A stretch of DNA of 62,603 nt, counting the filler, from Sphacelaria rigidula (lineage: Eukaryota): NCBI GenBank assembly GCA_964200075.2. It is 8 parts of 8 records of this genome, joined end to end, with 100 filler letters (N's around TTAATTAATTAA, not from the genome) between each part and the next. Parts side by side here need not be neighbours in the genome. Positions count along the whole stretch, not along the records: positions 1 to 7,739 come from CAXNAA020013615.1; positions 7,840 to 15,577 come from CAXNAA020013616.1; 6 more parts are not named here. One strand, given 5' to 3'. Positions 1 to 10,310 of this stretch are shown one piece after another. Positions within the stretch are counted from its first letter, which is position 1. The number at the start of each line of letters is the position of its first letter. Below the pieces are notes generated by a model. That model was not told the DNA's origin and searched no databases. It saw only the letters and a list, made by a program, of their open reading frames with translations. Both the position numbers and the translations under genes were made by a program.

Positions 1-49
1 GTAGGTCGTCTGACACACTTATAAGCCTCTTTTTTCGTGCAACCAAATA

Positions 50-60
50 CCCCCCCCCCT
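50..60 (-). promoter_or_regulatory. Polypurine tract of the copia element
   Basis: Minus strand reads A plus a run of about 10 G, roughly 25 nt after the RNase H stop at 84. Confidence 0.6.
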
Positions 61-83
61 ATCGTAGGATGGCTCTGCAGACT

Positions 84-743
84 CTACATAATATTCATGA
101 CAATATTTCGGTGAAACTCAAAAGACTCTGTCGGCAACACTTTAATGAGGAAATCTGCATGTTGACACTCCGATCTCATGTGAATAACCGAAACCTCATT
201 CCCTCCAACCAACTCCCTGATAAAATGATACCGTACGTCGATGTGCTTGGAGTTCGACTTCGTGATGGGGTTCTTTGCCAACTGAATGGCTCCCTGATTA
301 TCCTCAAACACCGGGATGCATGGCATTCCCATCTGCGGCAACATGAAACGCCAAACCTGTCTCAACAATAATACCTCCTTCAGAATATATGTCATGGCAA
401 CGTACTCTGCTTCCGTTGTGGACAGCGTCACACACTTCTGAGTCCTTGAAAACCAAGACACACATCCACCTCCACACATGACTAGCCCTCCTGATACCGA
501 TCGCCTATCAGCTGCCTTACTTGCGTAGTCGGCGTCTGCAAACACATCAAAGCTCAACCTCTGTATACTTCCTCTGCGAAAAGAAATCCCCAGCGAACTT
601 GTTCGCCTAACATACTTCAAAATACCAAGCGCAGCACGCCATTGGAGGTGTTTTGGTGAGGCACAGTACCTCGCTACTGAACGTACTGCTTTAGATATTT
701 CTGGCCTCGTTTGAGTCGCCAGCCACATCAGTGACCCTATCAA
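84..743 (-). pseudogene. Copia RT C-terminus and RNase H
   Basis: Motifs IGSLMWLATQTRPEI, FADADYA, RRSVSG, STTEAEYVA, EDNQGAIQLA, SKHIDVRYHFIRE and QHADFL. Confidence 0.95.
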
Positions 744-827
744 TTCCCGAAACGGAAATTCCGTTGCCTGCTCTTCTACACTGAACTCTTCAAGCTTCGC
801 ATCAACAGCGCTGGGGATACTCTTTCC

Positions 828-1688
828 TCACTCTATTCCGTATTCCTTCGCCAACTCTTCTGCGTACGTTTGTTGTAAAAGTTTTAGAGTACCCCTTTCA
901 ATATCTCTCTCATAGTACAGTCCAGAATACCAACGCAAATCCCCGAGGTTTTTGACTGGAACCATCGTGCTGAGATCTTCACCAAACTCGTCACATTTGT
1001 CCTTCTCTCCCACTGCGAATATATCATCTACATGTACTGCAATGGTGATAATCACCCTGCCATCCTCAATCAACCGAAATACACATGAATCCGCCAAGCA
1101 CTGATCAAATCCCAAGACAAATAAACACTCCGCCAGGTGATTATGCCACTGCCTACTTGCCTGTTTCAATCCGTACAAACTTTTGTTGAGTCTTACTATT
1201 TTACCAGATAAGCTTCCATAACCAAGTGGCAACCGCATGAAAATATCCTCGTCCAACTCAGACTGTACAAAAGCTTGTTCGATATCAAAATGACGCAACG
1301 CAAGATGTTGCTCACAAGCTAGAGTCGCCAACAAACGTACGCTAGAAACTACTACAGTGGGGGCACACAACTCTCCAAAATCTATGTTCTCCATTTGAAT
1401 ATCTCCTCTTGCTACTAGTCTCGACTTCATCTTCATGGGCCATCCAAACTCGTCCGCCTTCCAGTTTCATACCCACTTTGCATGGATATAGTTGTCCACG
1501 AGTTGTTCTTCCGCTGAGTCTATCGTCCCCGCCTCCAGAATTCCCCGCCATTCCCGCCCCATCGAGTCCCTCCATAAATCACCGTACTCCGAGCGCACCG
1601 CCTGCGTGTATCCATTGGGGACCTTGAGATCCTTTGCTAGACACTGTGGGAGTTCCGGTGGGATGTGCGGCGGGCGCTGCTCACGCAA
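828..1688 (-). pseudogene. Copia reverse transcriptase (RVT_2-type), disrupted
   Basis: Motifs VPNGYTQAV..W.DSM..E, KSRLVARG, HFDIEQAFVQ, LNKSLYGLKQASRQW and VHVDDI. A premature TGA at 828-830 is in frame with the 84..743 ORF. Confidence 0.95.
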
Positions 1689-1996
1689 AGCGGAATCTAT
1701 ATCTTCACGCGTCGCTAGCCTCGTCGCGAGTCACATCGGTATCGCCCCGCACCCCCCTTTCTCACCACCCTTGCCCTGTCGCCCGGCATCAGCTACGCCG
1801 CGCGTGAGGAGAGCTGACAGCGAAGATCGCTTATCCAAAGGCTGCATGAGTCCCCAGCTGTGGTGCAAGAGTGCACCCTTGTCTGTCTTGTATTGCGTCG
1901 ACCCTGACCGCGTCCGACCTGGCTGCCGGGGGTCTGTTTCAAGATCCAGCTCCTTCTTCATGTTCATTGGGAGCGGCGAGAAAGAATGGTATCACT

Positions 1997-3328
1997 TCAG
2001 AGGCAGGTGATGCATCGCGCGACGCAGTCGAGGATGATGCTGATGGTATCGATGATGAAATCAGGGCCGAAGAGCTGGAGAAGGTCGGCGGGGATGTCGG
2101 CGGCGATCGATGCTTCGGCGGGAGTGGACGGGCCCGGCGGAGTCGGCGGAGTCGGCGGGCGCGGCGGCGGCAGCATCGGCTGAGTCGGCGGAGTCTGCTG
2201 GCGAGAGCAACCGGGGGTACCGATGGCGCTGACGTCGGCGATGAAACGTTTCACCTTCGCCAGCGTGTCAGACTTACGTGCGAGGCCATAAAACATCATG
2301 AAGCGCGACTTGCTGTCGACGCAGCCCAGCATATGGGTTGATGCACCCAGAGTACGAGGGTGTGGACCGGTGAGGTCGAGATGCACCCTGTCAAGTACAG
2401 TCGTCGCCCTCGTCCCCAGAGTTCTCGGAATACCTGCTCTCTGCCCCTTCGCTTCCAAACACCCAGCACATGGCGCTAGTACCCCCGTCAATAAAATGCC
2501 CTGTTGTTTTGCAGTTTCTCTGAGTAACATCTCATGAAGGTGGGGGAGGGAAACGTGGAAAAAAATAGTGTCGACTTCTTTCTTTGGTTTCCCAACTGAA
2601 AATGGGTGAGGGCTGGGGGCAAGAACAGCAAGGGCCGTCCCGTTTTTAGCAACAACTTCCATTCCTTCACTCAGGAAACGCGGAAAACAATCTTGGGGGG
2701 GGGTCGTGTCAAATCCAGCCATCAGGGCTTTATCCTTGAAAATACTCAAGTCTGGACAGTGAAGCCCTTGTACTGCACGGAGAGAACCAACACCATTCGT
2801 GGGAGCAGGTACAACGCTTGCCGGTGAAGTGGACTGGAAACCAACACTTGAAGTTACCACGCTCACCGGAGGAACGGACTGGACACGAACGCTTGGGGGA
2901 GGGGCAGTTACAACAAGAGGTACGGCAAGTGGGAGGTTCTCATATGTTGACGGTGAACGTGTGGCCCTTTGTGACGAAGACCGCTCATTGCGATCGAAGC
3001 GAAGCCTACCGTCAAACATATGTACTCCTGTTTCAGTTAAGAGTACATCATGCTTCTTCTGCACTTGGTGCAGAGAAAAAAGGTTGAAGTGTATTCCTTC
3101 AAGTACGTAAACGTCAGTCAGTTGCACGCAAAATTCTGAGGACGCACCGATAGATGTCGGGGCGGTGGAATTTCCCATGTGAAATTTGAGCTTCAAACTC
3201 CCTACTGCTCTGACGGGGAAAATTGTTCCGTTCCCCCCAATCACGTGCTCATTTCCTCTGGGGGGGGGGGCGGAAATCAAATATACCAACCATTGACCCA
3301 GTGGTATGGTGTGAAGCACCATTATCAC
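1997..3328 (-). pseudogene. Copia protease C-terminal part, GAG-pre-integrase and truncated integrase core
   Basis: HVSLPHLH...CAGCLEAK (HHCC-like), then RVHLDLTGP...VDSKSRF. The integrase breaks off at about 2205 into low-complexity linker sequence. Confidence 0.88.
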
Positions 3329-5439
3329 TTATCCACTCCTCTGTACCGTCATCCACATCAAAACCCGACCCACTCTGGTTAAGCAAAGCAACCCCCAAAG
3401 TAAAATCACTCAACTCAAAACGTGACTCACCACGGGACACAGAATGTGCCATGCACAGGTGAAGCGGCGCAGGGGATGCAGCTGAACCGGAGGAAGACAG
3501 GTTGGAATCAGGTTGAGCACGATGAGGTTGTTGTTGCTGCTGAAGTTGATGAAGGTGTTGCAGCTGAAGTTCACCTTGCTGCGGTGATGACTGGATCTCG
3601 TTGTTGGTGGCAGCTGCAGAGAATTGCGGGGGGTTGCGGGGAAACTGGATACAGTGCGCATAATCTGCACCGCTGAAGTCGCTGCTGTCTTCCAACACCC
3701 ACCCGTCTTCATCCGTTCCATTCCACTGTTGTTCGTCGTGGCTGCTCTCTTCGTACCTCCCTTGGTCACCGTAAAGTTGCACGGTGTTGACCGATCCGTA
3801 GGAATGAGTCCAATGGGGGGGCTGCTGTCCTCCGTGACGAGGTTGATTTTGGGTTGAATGTGCATGACATACCCCCGAATTGACTTGCGGCGTCACTTCT
3901 CTACGCCATGGGCAAAGAGTATGCATGTGGCCCAGTTCGTCGCATGTGATGCATCGTTTACGGGGGTCGGCGTGGTAAATTGGGGGTTCATTATCCACAG
4001 GGCGGTATAGACGATCAGGATAAGCTGAATAGTCATAGCCACCTTGCGGTGGGTCATAATACGGAAGTAGGCTGCCGGGGTGGGCATTCCCACCCCCGCG
4101 CCCCGAAGCACCGTACCTGTGACCAAATCCACGCCCTGCGCCCCGTCCTCCACGTCTCGCTTGCTGTTGATGTTGCTGGGGTTGTTGACGTTGTTGCTGA
4201 TGTTGTTGTTGCTGAGTGAGCTGCGGTGATTGGGTGGGAATCCTACCGCGTCCACTACCCCCACGACCTCCAAAACTGTCTGCACTATGGTATTGCTGCT
4301 GGCGAACACCATTCCACGCACCACGATCACCACGACTTTCTTGTGCGTGCATGTTTCGTTGTGCGTGGCATTCAAAGTCATCATGCTGGGTCGTATTGTG
4401 GAAGTGACAAAAAACATCACCCTGTTGTCGACGTCTCTCACCACCCTGTTGTCTATTTTGCAGCACGCCCCCACCTCTGCCACCCCCAGTGGCAGCGACG
4501 AACGCGTGGCCTTGTACCCCATCCTGATTCCTTCCTGCCATACTCCTGGCCGGTTCCATCTCACCGTGCGCCGTCATCCCCTTGCGCTCCAGGGCATCTG
4601 TTGTTACTTCATCGAAAGCAAGCAATACACCACGGACGATGTCGAAGTCACTTGAGAGGCGGCGTATGTAGTGCCGATTCGCATCTGCATCTAACATCAC
4701 AACTCCAAGCTTAGTACGCTTGTACCGTATCAATTTTTCTCTATCTAGAAACATGCGGGGGTCCTCTCCCAAGTTCATGTCAAGGGTTTGCCATGCATGG
4801 CCCAACTGTGCCCTTTCGGTGGTTGCAGAAAAGGTGTAGTAGCCCACAACGTACTTCCATCCCTCGCTGGAGTTTCCCAGTCTCACTAATTTTATCAACT
4901 ATTATACTCCATGCTCTGGTGACCTTTCCTACCAACTCGGTCCCGTACCTCTCGATTAAACCCCGCTCATTATCAAAGTGTACCCTAATTGGACAAGATG
5001 TGTGAAGAGCCTCTTCGCAGAACTCTTGCTTAAAGTACGCTGTCATCTGTAGCTTAAAAACCATGAACGTTTCTCTTACATCCTCACCGCTCTTTGCCGT
5101 ACCACCGCACGCTACAATACTGTTATGCGAACGTACCCTCAAAATGCCAGACTGTACCATCTGGGCTTGACCCCGTGTATGCAAGGGTGCGTCTCGAACG
5201 TCTTGAAATGCTGATGTAGTAGTCGTAGGTTGGAATCGTTGCTGGGGGGGCGTAGCTCTTGTTGCTGACGGCCGCCCTGCCAGTCTTGGATCCTCTTCTT
5301 GTGCTTGACTTTGTTGTCGCAGTTCTTGTTTCTGTTTCTCTTGCTCCTGGATGTATCCTGATAGTATCTCCCTCATCGCGTCTGGGTCGGCATCTTGTAT
5401 CTTGGTCATAATGTTGTCTACTTGATTTTCGGAGTCCAT
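3249..5439 (-). pseudogene. Copia Gag (two frameshifted ORFs) with zinc knuckle and start of aspartic protease
   Basis: ORFs 4780..5439 and 3249..4898. CITCDELGHMHTLC fits CX2CX4HX4C; EWISDNGASHH is the copia protease WxxD(S/N)GAS motif. Confidence 0.88.
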
Positions 5440-5533
5440 TTTTTATGTCTGAATAAAGCCTGAAGTTGCCTGTGCGGAGCGTAGCCTAATCGCTAGCGTA
5501 AGGGCTGAATCTCCTACTCAGCGCTGGGGTCTA

Positions 5534-5765
5534 TGTGTAAGAAAAGGTCGTGGGACCTCTGCTGTTGAATTGATTACCTTGTTGTTAAATGTATGTTATA
5601 CTCTCCAGCCAAAACGTAAAAACCCAGAAAAGTGCACTGAACAAAAGGGGGGGGTTCAATCGTGAAGGGTCACTCATGTAGAAAACCAACACGTACGCCA
5701 GAGCCTAATTCCTTAGCCACGCGGCTGGGCGTGTGCCTCCCAACAGATTCTTGCTGCAACCAACA
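5534..5765 (-). repeat. Candidate 5' LTR of the contig-1 copia element
   Basis: TGTTG (5563) and CAACA (5761-5765) form a terminal inverted pair. A PBS-like TAGACCCCAGCGC lies on the minus strand at about 5521-5533. No full second LTR is available to confirm it. Confidence 0.35.
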
Positions 5766-6114
5766 AATCGGGTATACCTTTTATATCAGAACTGTATCTC
5801 ATTACTGGTCATTCACCCATAGGTCATTGTCCAAATCACAATATCTACTTCCCTCGCATCCAGACCTGCTTACATGTATCATTGAGTGTGAGTGTATTCG
5901 ATTACAGTTATGAAACTCTGGCAAGGATGACGTCGCCTACTGGCTTTTTTTCTTTCATGCTGTAGTTTTCATCGCTTACAGACCCCATCATCGTATTTCC
6001 TTGTTATTAAATAGCGTAAGCACCGTGCTCGGCAGGAACCTGGATCTTTCTGAACTTGAAGGGAGGACACGGCTATCGTACATGTTGAAACTTTCACGGT
6101 TAGGACAAATCAAC

Positions 6115-7730
6115 TCGTGAGTCAACTCACAGTCATCATCTCAATGAATAAATCATGTGGTTCGTACATCAGTTATAATTCACGCAGTCAACTCTTCTTC
6201 ATGACTCAAGGCGTGATGTAATTCACGCAGTCAACTCTTCTTCGTGACTGAAGGCGTCAACGGCTTGTACATGCACGCCATGTGCGACAAGTTCGACGTG
6301 AGCGCTGGTATATGTTTTCCACCTTCGGATGAATGCGGGACCTACCTAAGTCAACAAGGTTAATTAATCTGCAGTCCTGGGGCCTGAGCCACACACACTT
6401 TTCTCAAACCTGTAATGCGCGCAAGATGGCTGCACTGCACAATATGTTATATGTTATCCACCCTCGAGTGAATGTGGGACCAACACTCGGCAAATAGTTG
6501 AATTTTGCCATTTCATGTTCATGGGGCCTGTATCACGCGTATTTTTTCCCCGTGGGTAATGCGCTGCATATGGGTAATCCGCCCTCGACTCAGCGGACCA
6601 ATGGTTTATACAGCATGACTGCTTGCGTATCATGGCGAGTCAACATGACACTAGACCCGGCAGGTACAAGAAGGCGCGGCAGTTCGCCGCGGCTGTTTAG
6701 TACCGTGCACGAGCGGTACCTCTGCGTATTGGTGGAAAGATGCGTTCTTCCAATCAAGAAACATCGACGGCGTGGTCGTATGCTGTTGTGTTGGGACCTC
6801 ACAGGAAGGCAACACGCAATATTGTACTGAAAGCAGCTGTACGAATTGCTCCGCCATGACGGTACACGAAGCACTATTCACTTTTCTGTGCTTCAGACTA
6901 ACCGACAGCGAAGGGGATGTGGCCGGTACCATAGTACGGGGAAAAAAACATCAAGGATTTTGTAGATTGCACATCGTGAACAAAGTTGCGCAGTGGTGTA
7001 CGGTGGTTCACCGCAGTTGGCAATTGCTGTGTAAAAACGGACCTTGACAGAACCCACTCGGGGTTTCCTTGTCCGGGCCCAACAAAGCATAGCACAGCAA
7101 CACGGATACACTACGCTGGGCTAGGCTAGGCTACGCTACACTAGACTAGACTACAAGACACACTACAGCACATCACGACACAGTTCCGCACAAACCAGCA
7201 CGGCAGCGTACTGTGTGCTCCCACAATACAACACTGTACGCTGCACTACACTACACTCACGGGCTCACTACACTTACCACAACAGAACAAGCCCAACGCA
7301 GAGCAGCGCAGTATAACACAGAACATTACTGTGATACCCTACCGTACTGTGAACGGTAACGGTACCGACTGCGCACACGATGCTTTCAGAATTTTTGGCG
7401 ATGTGACATGATGACTCTTAGTCAACTCAGAGCCATCATTTCAATGAATAGATCATACTAGTCGTACATCATTTGTAATTCATACAGCTTCTTAGCTTGT
7501 GCGTGGCTCAGTATAACCCGAAGGTTCTCGCTTCATACCTTCCATGACTTCCGGGGTAAATAATGGGCACATAAGTCAACTCTGCGCTGAAAATTTGGAT
7601 GCATCGGTTGTACATGTCACGCATTTCTTATTATCATGAGTCGGGAACGTCATGTACAACTTGCTTGGCCAACTTGTTGGGGATGAGCGCCCGCACATTT
7701 TTCCCACCTTCGGGCTAATGCGGGACTGAC
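6115..7730. repeat. Diverged direct repeat about 1.3 kb apart (about 6115-6345 vs 7415-7730), with a pentamer-like low-complexity tract at 7085-7330
   Basis: Both copies contain AGTCAACTCA.AG.CATCAT.TCAATGAATA.ATCAT...CGTACATCA and CCACCTTCGG..AATGCGGGAC. There is also a small ~43-bp duplication at 6176-6258. Confidence 0.7.
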
Positions 7731-7739
7731 AAGTTGTAT

Positions 7740-7839
7740 NNNNNNNNNNNNNNNNNNNNNNNNNNNNNNNNNNNNNNNNNNNNTTAATTAATTAANNNNN
7801 NNNNNNNNNNNNNNNNNNNNNNNNNNNNNNNNNNNNNNN
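7740..7839. other. Artificial contig spacer N44-TTAATTAATTAA-N44
   Basis: 100-bp N gap with a six-frame stop linker. Confidence 0.99.
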
Positions 7840-8045
7840 CGCACAACATGATCTAGCTCGACCACCATCATGGTGACCGCAAAAAAACGAAAGCGCCCAA
7901 GAAAACCCGGTAACCTTGTTGCCTAGCTTACGTAGTGAGTGGCGTGTTTTATAGCGTCATCACCAACCGACGCCAACCCCATCGGGGGTCTGCCCCTACA
8001 AAGCCGGGACGGAGCACGCCGGGTTCTCGCCAGATCAGGCTGACG
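7840..8045 (-). repeat. Dispersed repeat family X, partial copies (3' part followed by a head, cut by the contig start)
   Basis: The reverse complement matches 8331-8475 (ATGGGGTTGGCGTCGGTTGG...GGTGGTCGAGCTAGAT) and 8740-8790 (GTGCTCCGTCCCGGCTTTGTAGGG). Confidence 0.8.
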
Positions 8046-8249
8046 GGCGGGGTTGATGGCAAGAAGGAAAAGCCTCACGGGTGTGTCAGACGACCTAACA
8101 TATTCGCAGTGCGCTTGTATTTGAATAAAAACGGTGTCAGGCAGGATGAACAAGCGTTATTTATCTGTGACAAGCGCTCTTAACCACGATTTGAAGTGGA
8201 TTTTCGTACAAAAACGGCCCCTAATACCCCCCTCCCGCCCCAAAATTAG

Positions 8250-8332
8250 GTTCTCCGTCTTGAAAAAGATGCGTGGTCAATGGTCAAACGACTCAGGTAA
8301 GCAACAAATGAGTATGCCCGCCCCTCGCCCCC
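8250..8332 (+). mobile_element. Isolated 3' end of the LINE family seen at 48440-48970
   Basis: GATGCGTGGTCAATGGTCAA.CGACT.AGGT.AGCAACAAATGAGTA plus a C-rich tail, nearly the same as 48889-48950. Confidence 0.75.
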
Positions 8333-8845
8333 TAATGGGGTTGGCGTCGGTTGGCAATGGCACTGCGATACACACCACTCACTGCGTAAGCGAGGAAACC
8401 AGGTTGATGTTTTTTTGCGCGTGCGTTTTTTTTTGCGGAAACCATCATGGTGGTCGAGCTAGATGATTTTGTGCGAGGTGGGAGAACCTCAATTTCGCGC
8501 GAAGGGGATGATCGAACAATTTGGTGTTTAAACGGTGAGACACCCATGAAGGCAGTGTGTAAGCCGTGGCTGTCTCTGCAAGTGGTGATACCAGAAAATG
8601 GAGCACCTCATTGGCAGGTGTCATCCATATGCAAGATTGATCGGCACCCTCCGGGCCAAACCATCTTAGCAGGATGCAGGTCACCCTTCGTACGACTCGC
8701 CGAACACATCACGGCGCTTCGCGCTTGGTGATTGATTGCGAGCCTGGTCTGGCGAAAATCCGGTGTGCTCCGTCCCGGCTTTGTAGGGATGCGAGGTCAA
8801 TTGTCATACAACTACGGGATTCAAGATCATGAGTACTCCCCCCTG
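8331..8845 (+). mobile_element. Repeat family X, longest copy (~520 bp, SINE-like retroposon)
   Basis: Homologous segments at 7840-8045, 18899-19160, 38997-39091 and 52590-52862. It ends in ATGAGTAC plus a C-run. Confidence 0.7.
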
Positions 8846-8899
8846 CATCGTAGGATGAATCTGTCATGGTACCGCACGCATCTCTCTAACCCTGCTACA

Positions 8900-9090
8900 T
8901 ATACCAGTTGTAGTTATCTTTGCATTTTTTACTTTCATTTATTTTCACGTCATAGTCTACTACTTCGTTCTGTTCGACCTCTTCTGTTTCAGTTTTGTCG
9001 TGTCTTGGGTACGTCTATCATGCGACCACGGTTGGATCATGACTCCTGGGGGGGGCAGTAAAAGTGCGACAATCAATCCATCAATCAATA
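8900..9090 (+). mobile_element. Retroposon 3' end with (AATC)n tail
   Basis: T-rich tract, then GTACGTCTATCATG.GACCACGG...GGGGGCAGT.AAAGTGCGAC(AATC)n; shared with 9950-10310 and 35150-35563. Confidence 0.7.
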
Positions 9091-9949
9091 ACACTCGATA
9101 CGAGTATGGCGCTTCTACATGCTGATGAGAGAGCGATGTACATGAAGTAGTAGAAGCGTGCTCTACTCAAAACTCCAGTGATTGAGTCATCGAAATGTAG
9201 CCCCTTGATTCGGCGGGTTTTTCGTCATTTTTCCGTGAAATTAGTGTATCCGAAATATAACCCCAAGCGACGATACTTTGCGCAAGATAATATACACCAT
9301 TTTTATTTTATTTTATTTTATTGTTGGTCAACCTAGCTTCACACGGGCGATTGCACCAGGGGCTGTGCAGCGATAGAAACACGCACATCGATGACACCCG
9401 ACGAGACGATCTGATGATCTTGACCCGCCGCCACTCGAGACGTTGATCTGTACGGGAACATAATGGACGAACTAACCCACCACCCGGAACCATCGAAATG
9501 GCCCAACCCGGCCCCTTGAGCCCTCCCTGCAGGCCTGTCGCCCGTTCCAGAATTTTCCAGAAAACAGACATAGTGGAAACGGAAGGCTTTTTCAGAACAT
9601 CTGGGAAACCGCACCCCTCTCGTCAAGACGGAACACCCCCCCCCGCCCTCCCCCCACTGGAAACCCTTGCATATTCCGGAACTGTTAACATGTAAAAAAT
9701 TTCCGAAATGAAGCTCGCAGTCAAAGGGTTTCTGCTGACAATCTCGCGAGTTGTCGCAGGATGATTTTTGCAGGCTCCATATGAACACCATTGAGACACG
9801 GGCGGTTACTGAGAGTTTTGAACTGCTGAGAATGCTGGGCTGACACGATAGGTCTATACACCAAGGTTGCGTTCTGTAGGGAAGAGTATACCGGGTGCAA
9901 TTCAACCATCTACAGAATTACTGGAAGCATAAACTTTCTGTTGTAGATC

Positions 9950-10310
9950 TGCCATTTTTTTGTGTAATTTGCTTTTTTTGGCCTTTTCTTTTCTTTTTTC
10001 CTCAAGATTTTTTTTTCTACTATGTCGTTCTGTTCGATTTTTTCCCTCCCTCTTTCTTTTTCTTTTCAGCGAGTGGTTTCACTTTTGTTTTTTCTCACGT
10101 ACGTCCATCATGTGACCACGGCTGGATCCCTGGGCGTACTCATTTATTGCTTGCCTTAGTCATTTGACCATTGACCCTTTCGAGACGGAGCACCGTTCCT
10201 ACTCCTAATAGAGACACCTCCAACATTCTGGCGCTCATCACTTTCTTTCCGTAGCTGGATCCCTGGGGGGGGGGGCAGTTAAAGTGCGACAATCAATCAA
10301 TCAATCAATC
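9950..10310 (+). mobile_element. Retroposon 3' end with (AATC)n tail, interrupted by about 120 bp
   Basis: GTACGTCCATCATGTGACCACGGCTGGATCCCTGGG at about 10099-10134, resuming as GCTGGATCCCTGGGG...AAAGTGCGAC(AATC)5 at 10254-10310. Confidence 0.7.

Larger units (their letters stand above)
50..5765 (-). mobile_element. Ty1/copia LTR retrotransposon, decayed (gag-PR-INT-RT-RNase H; stops, frameshifts, integrase deletion)
   Basis: Minus-strand ORFs lie in copia domain order: gag with a CCHC knuckle, protease, GAG-pre-integrase/integrase, RT, RNase H. A G-run PPT follows the RNase H stop. The outer boundaries are approximate. Confidence 0.93.

Noticed and set aside
1-49. 3' LTR of the contig-1 copia element
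   Set aside because: It matches the candidate 5' LTR for only about 10 nt and resembles a different repeat at about 8050-8100, so it cannot be confirmed.
7784-7795. Periodic TTAATTAATTAA palindrome every ~7838 bp as a biological signal
   Set aside because: It is always embedded in N runs and is an assembly linker.
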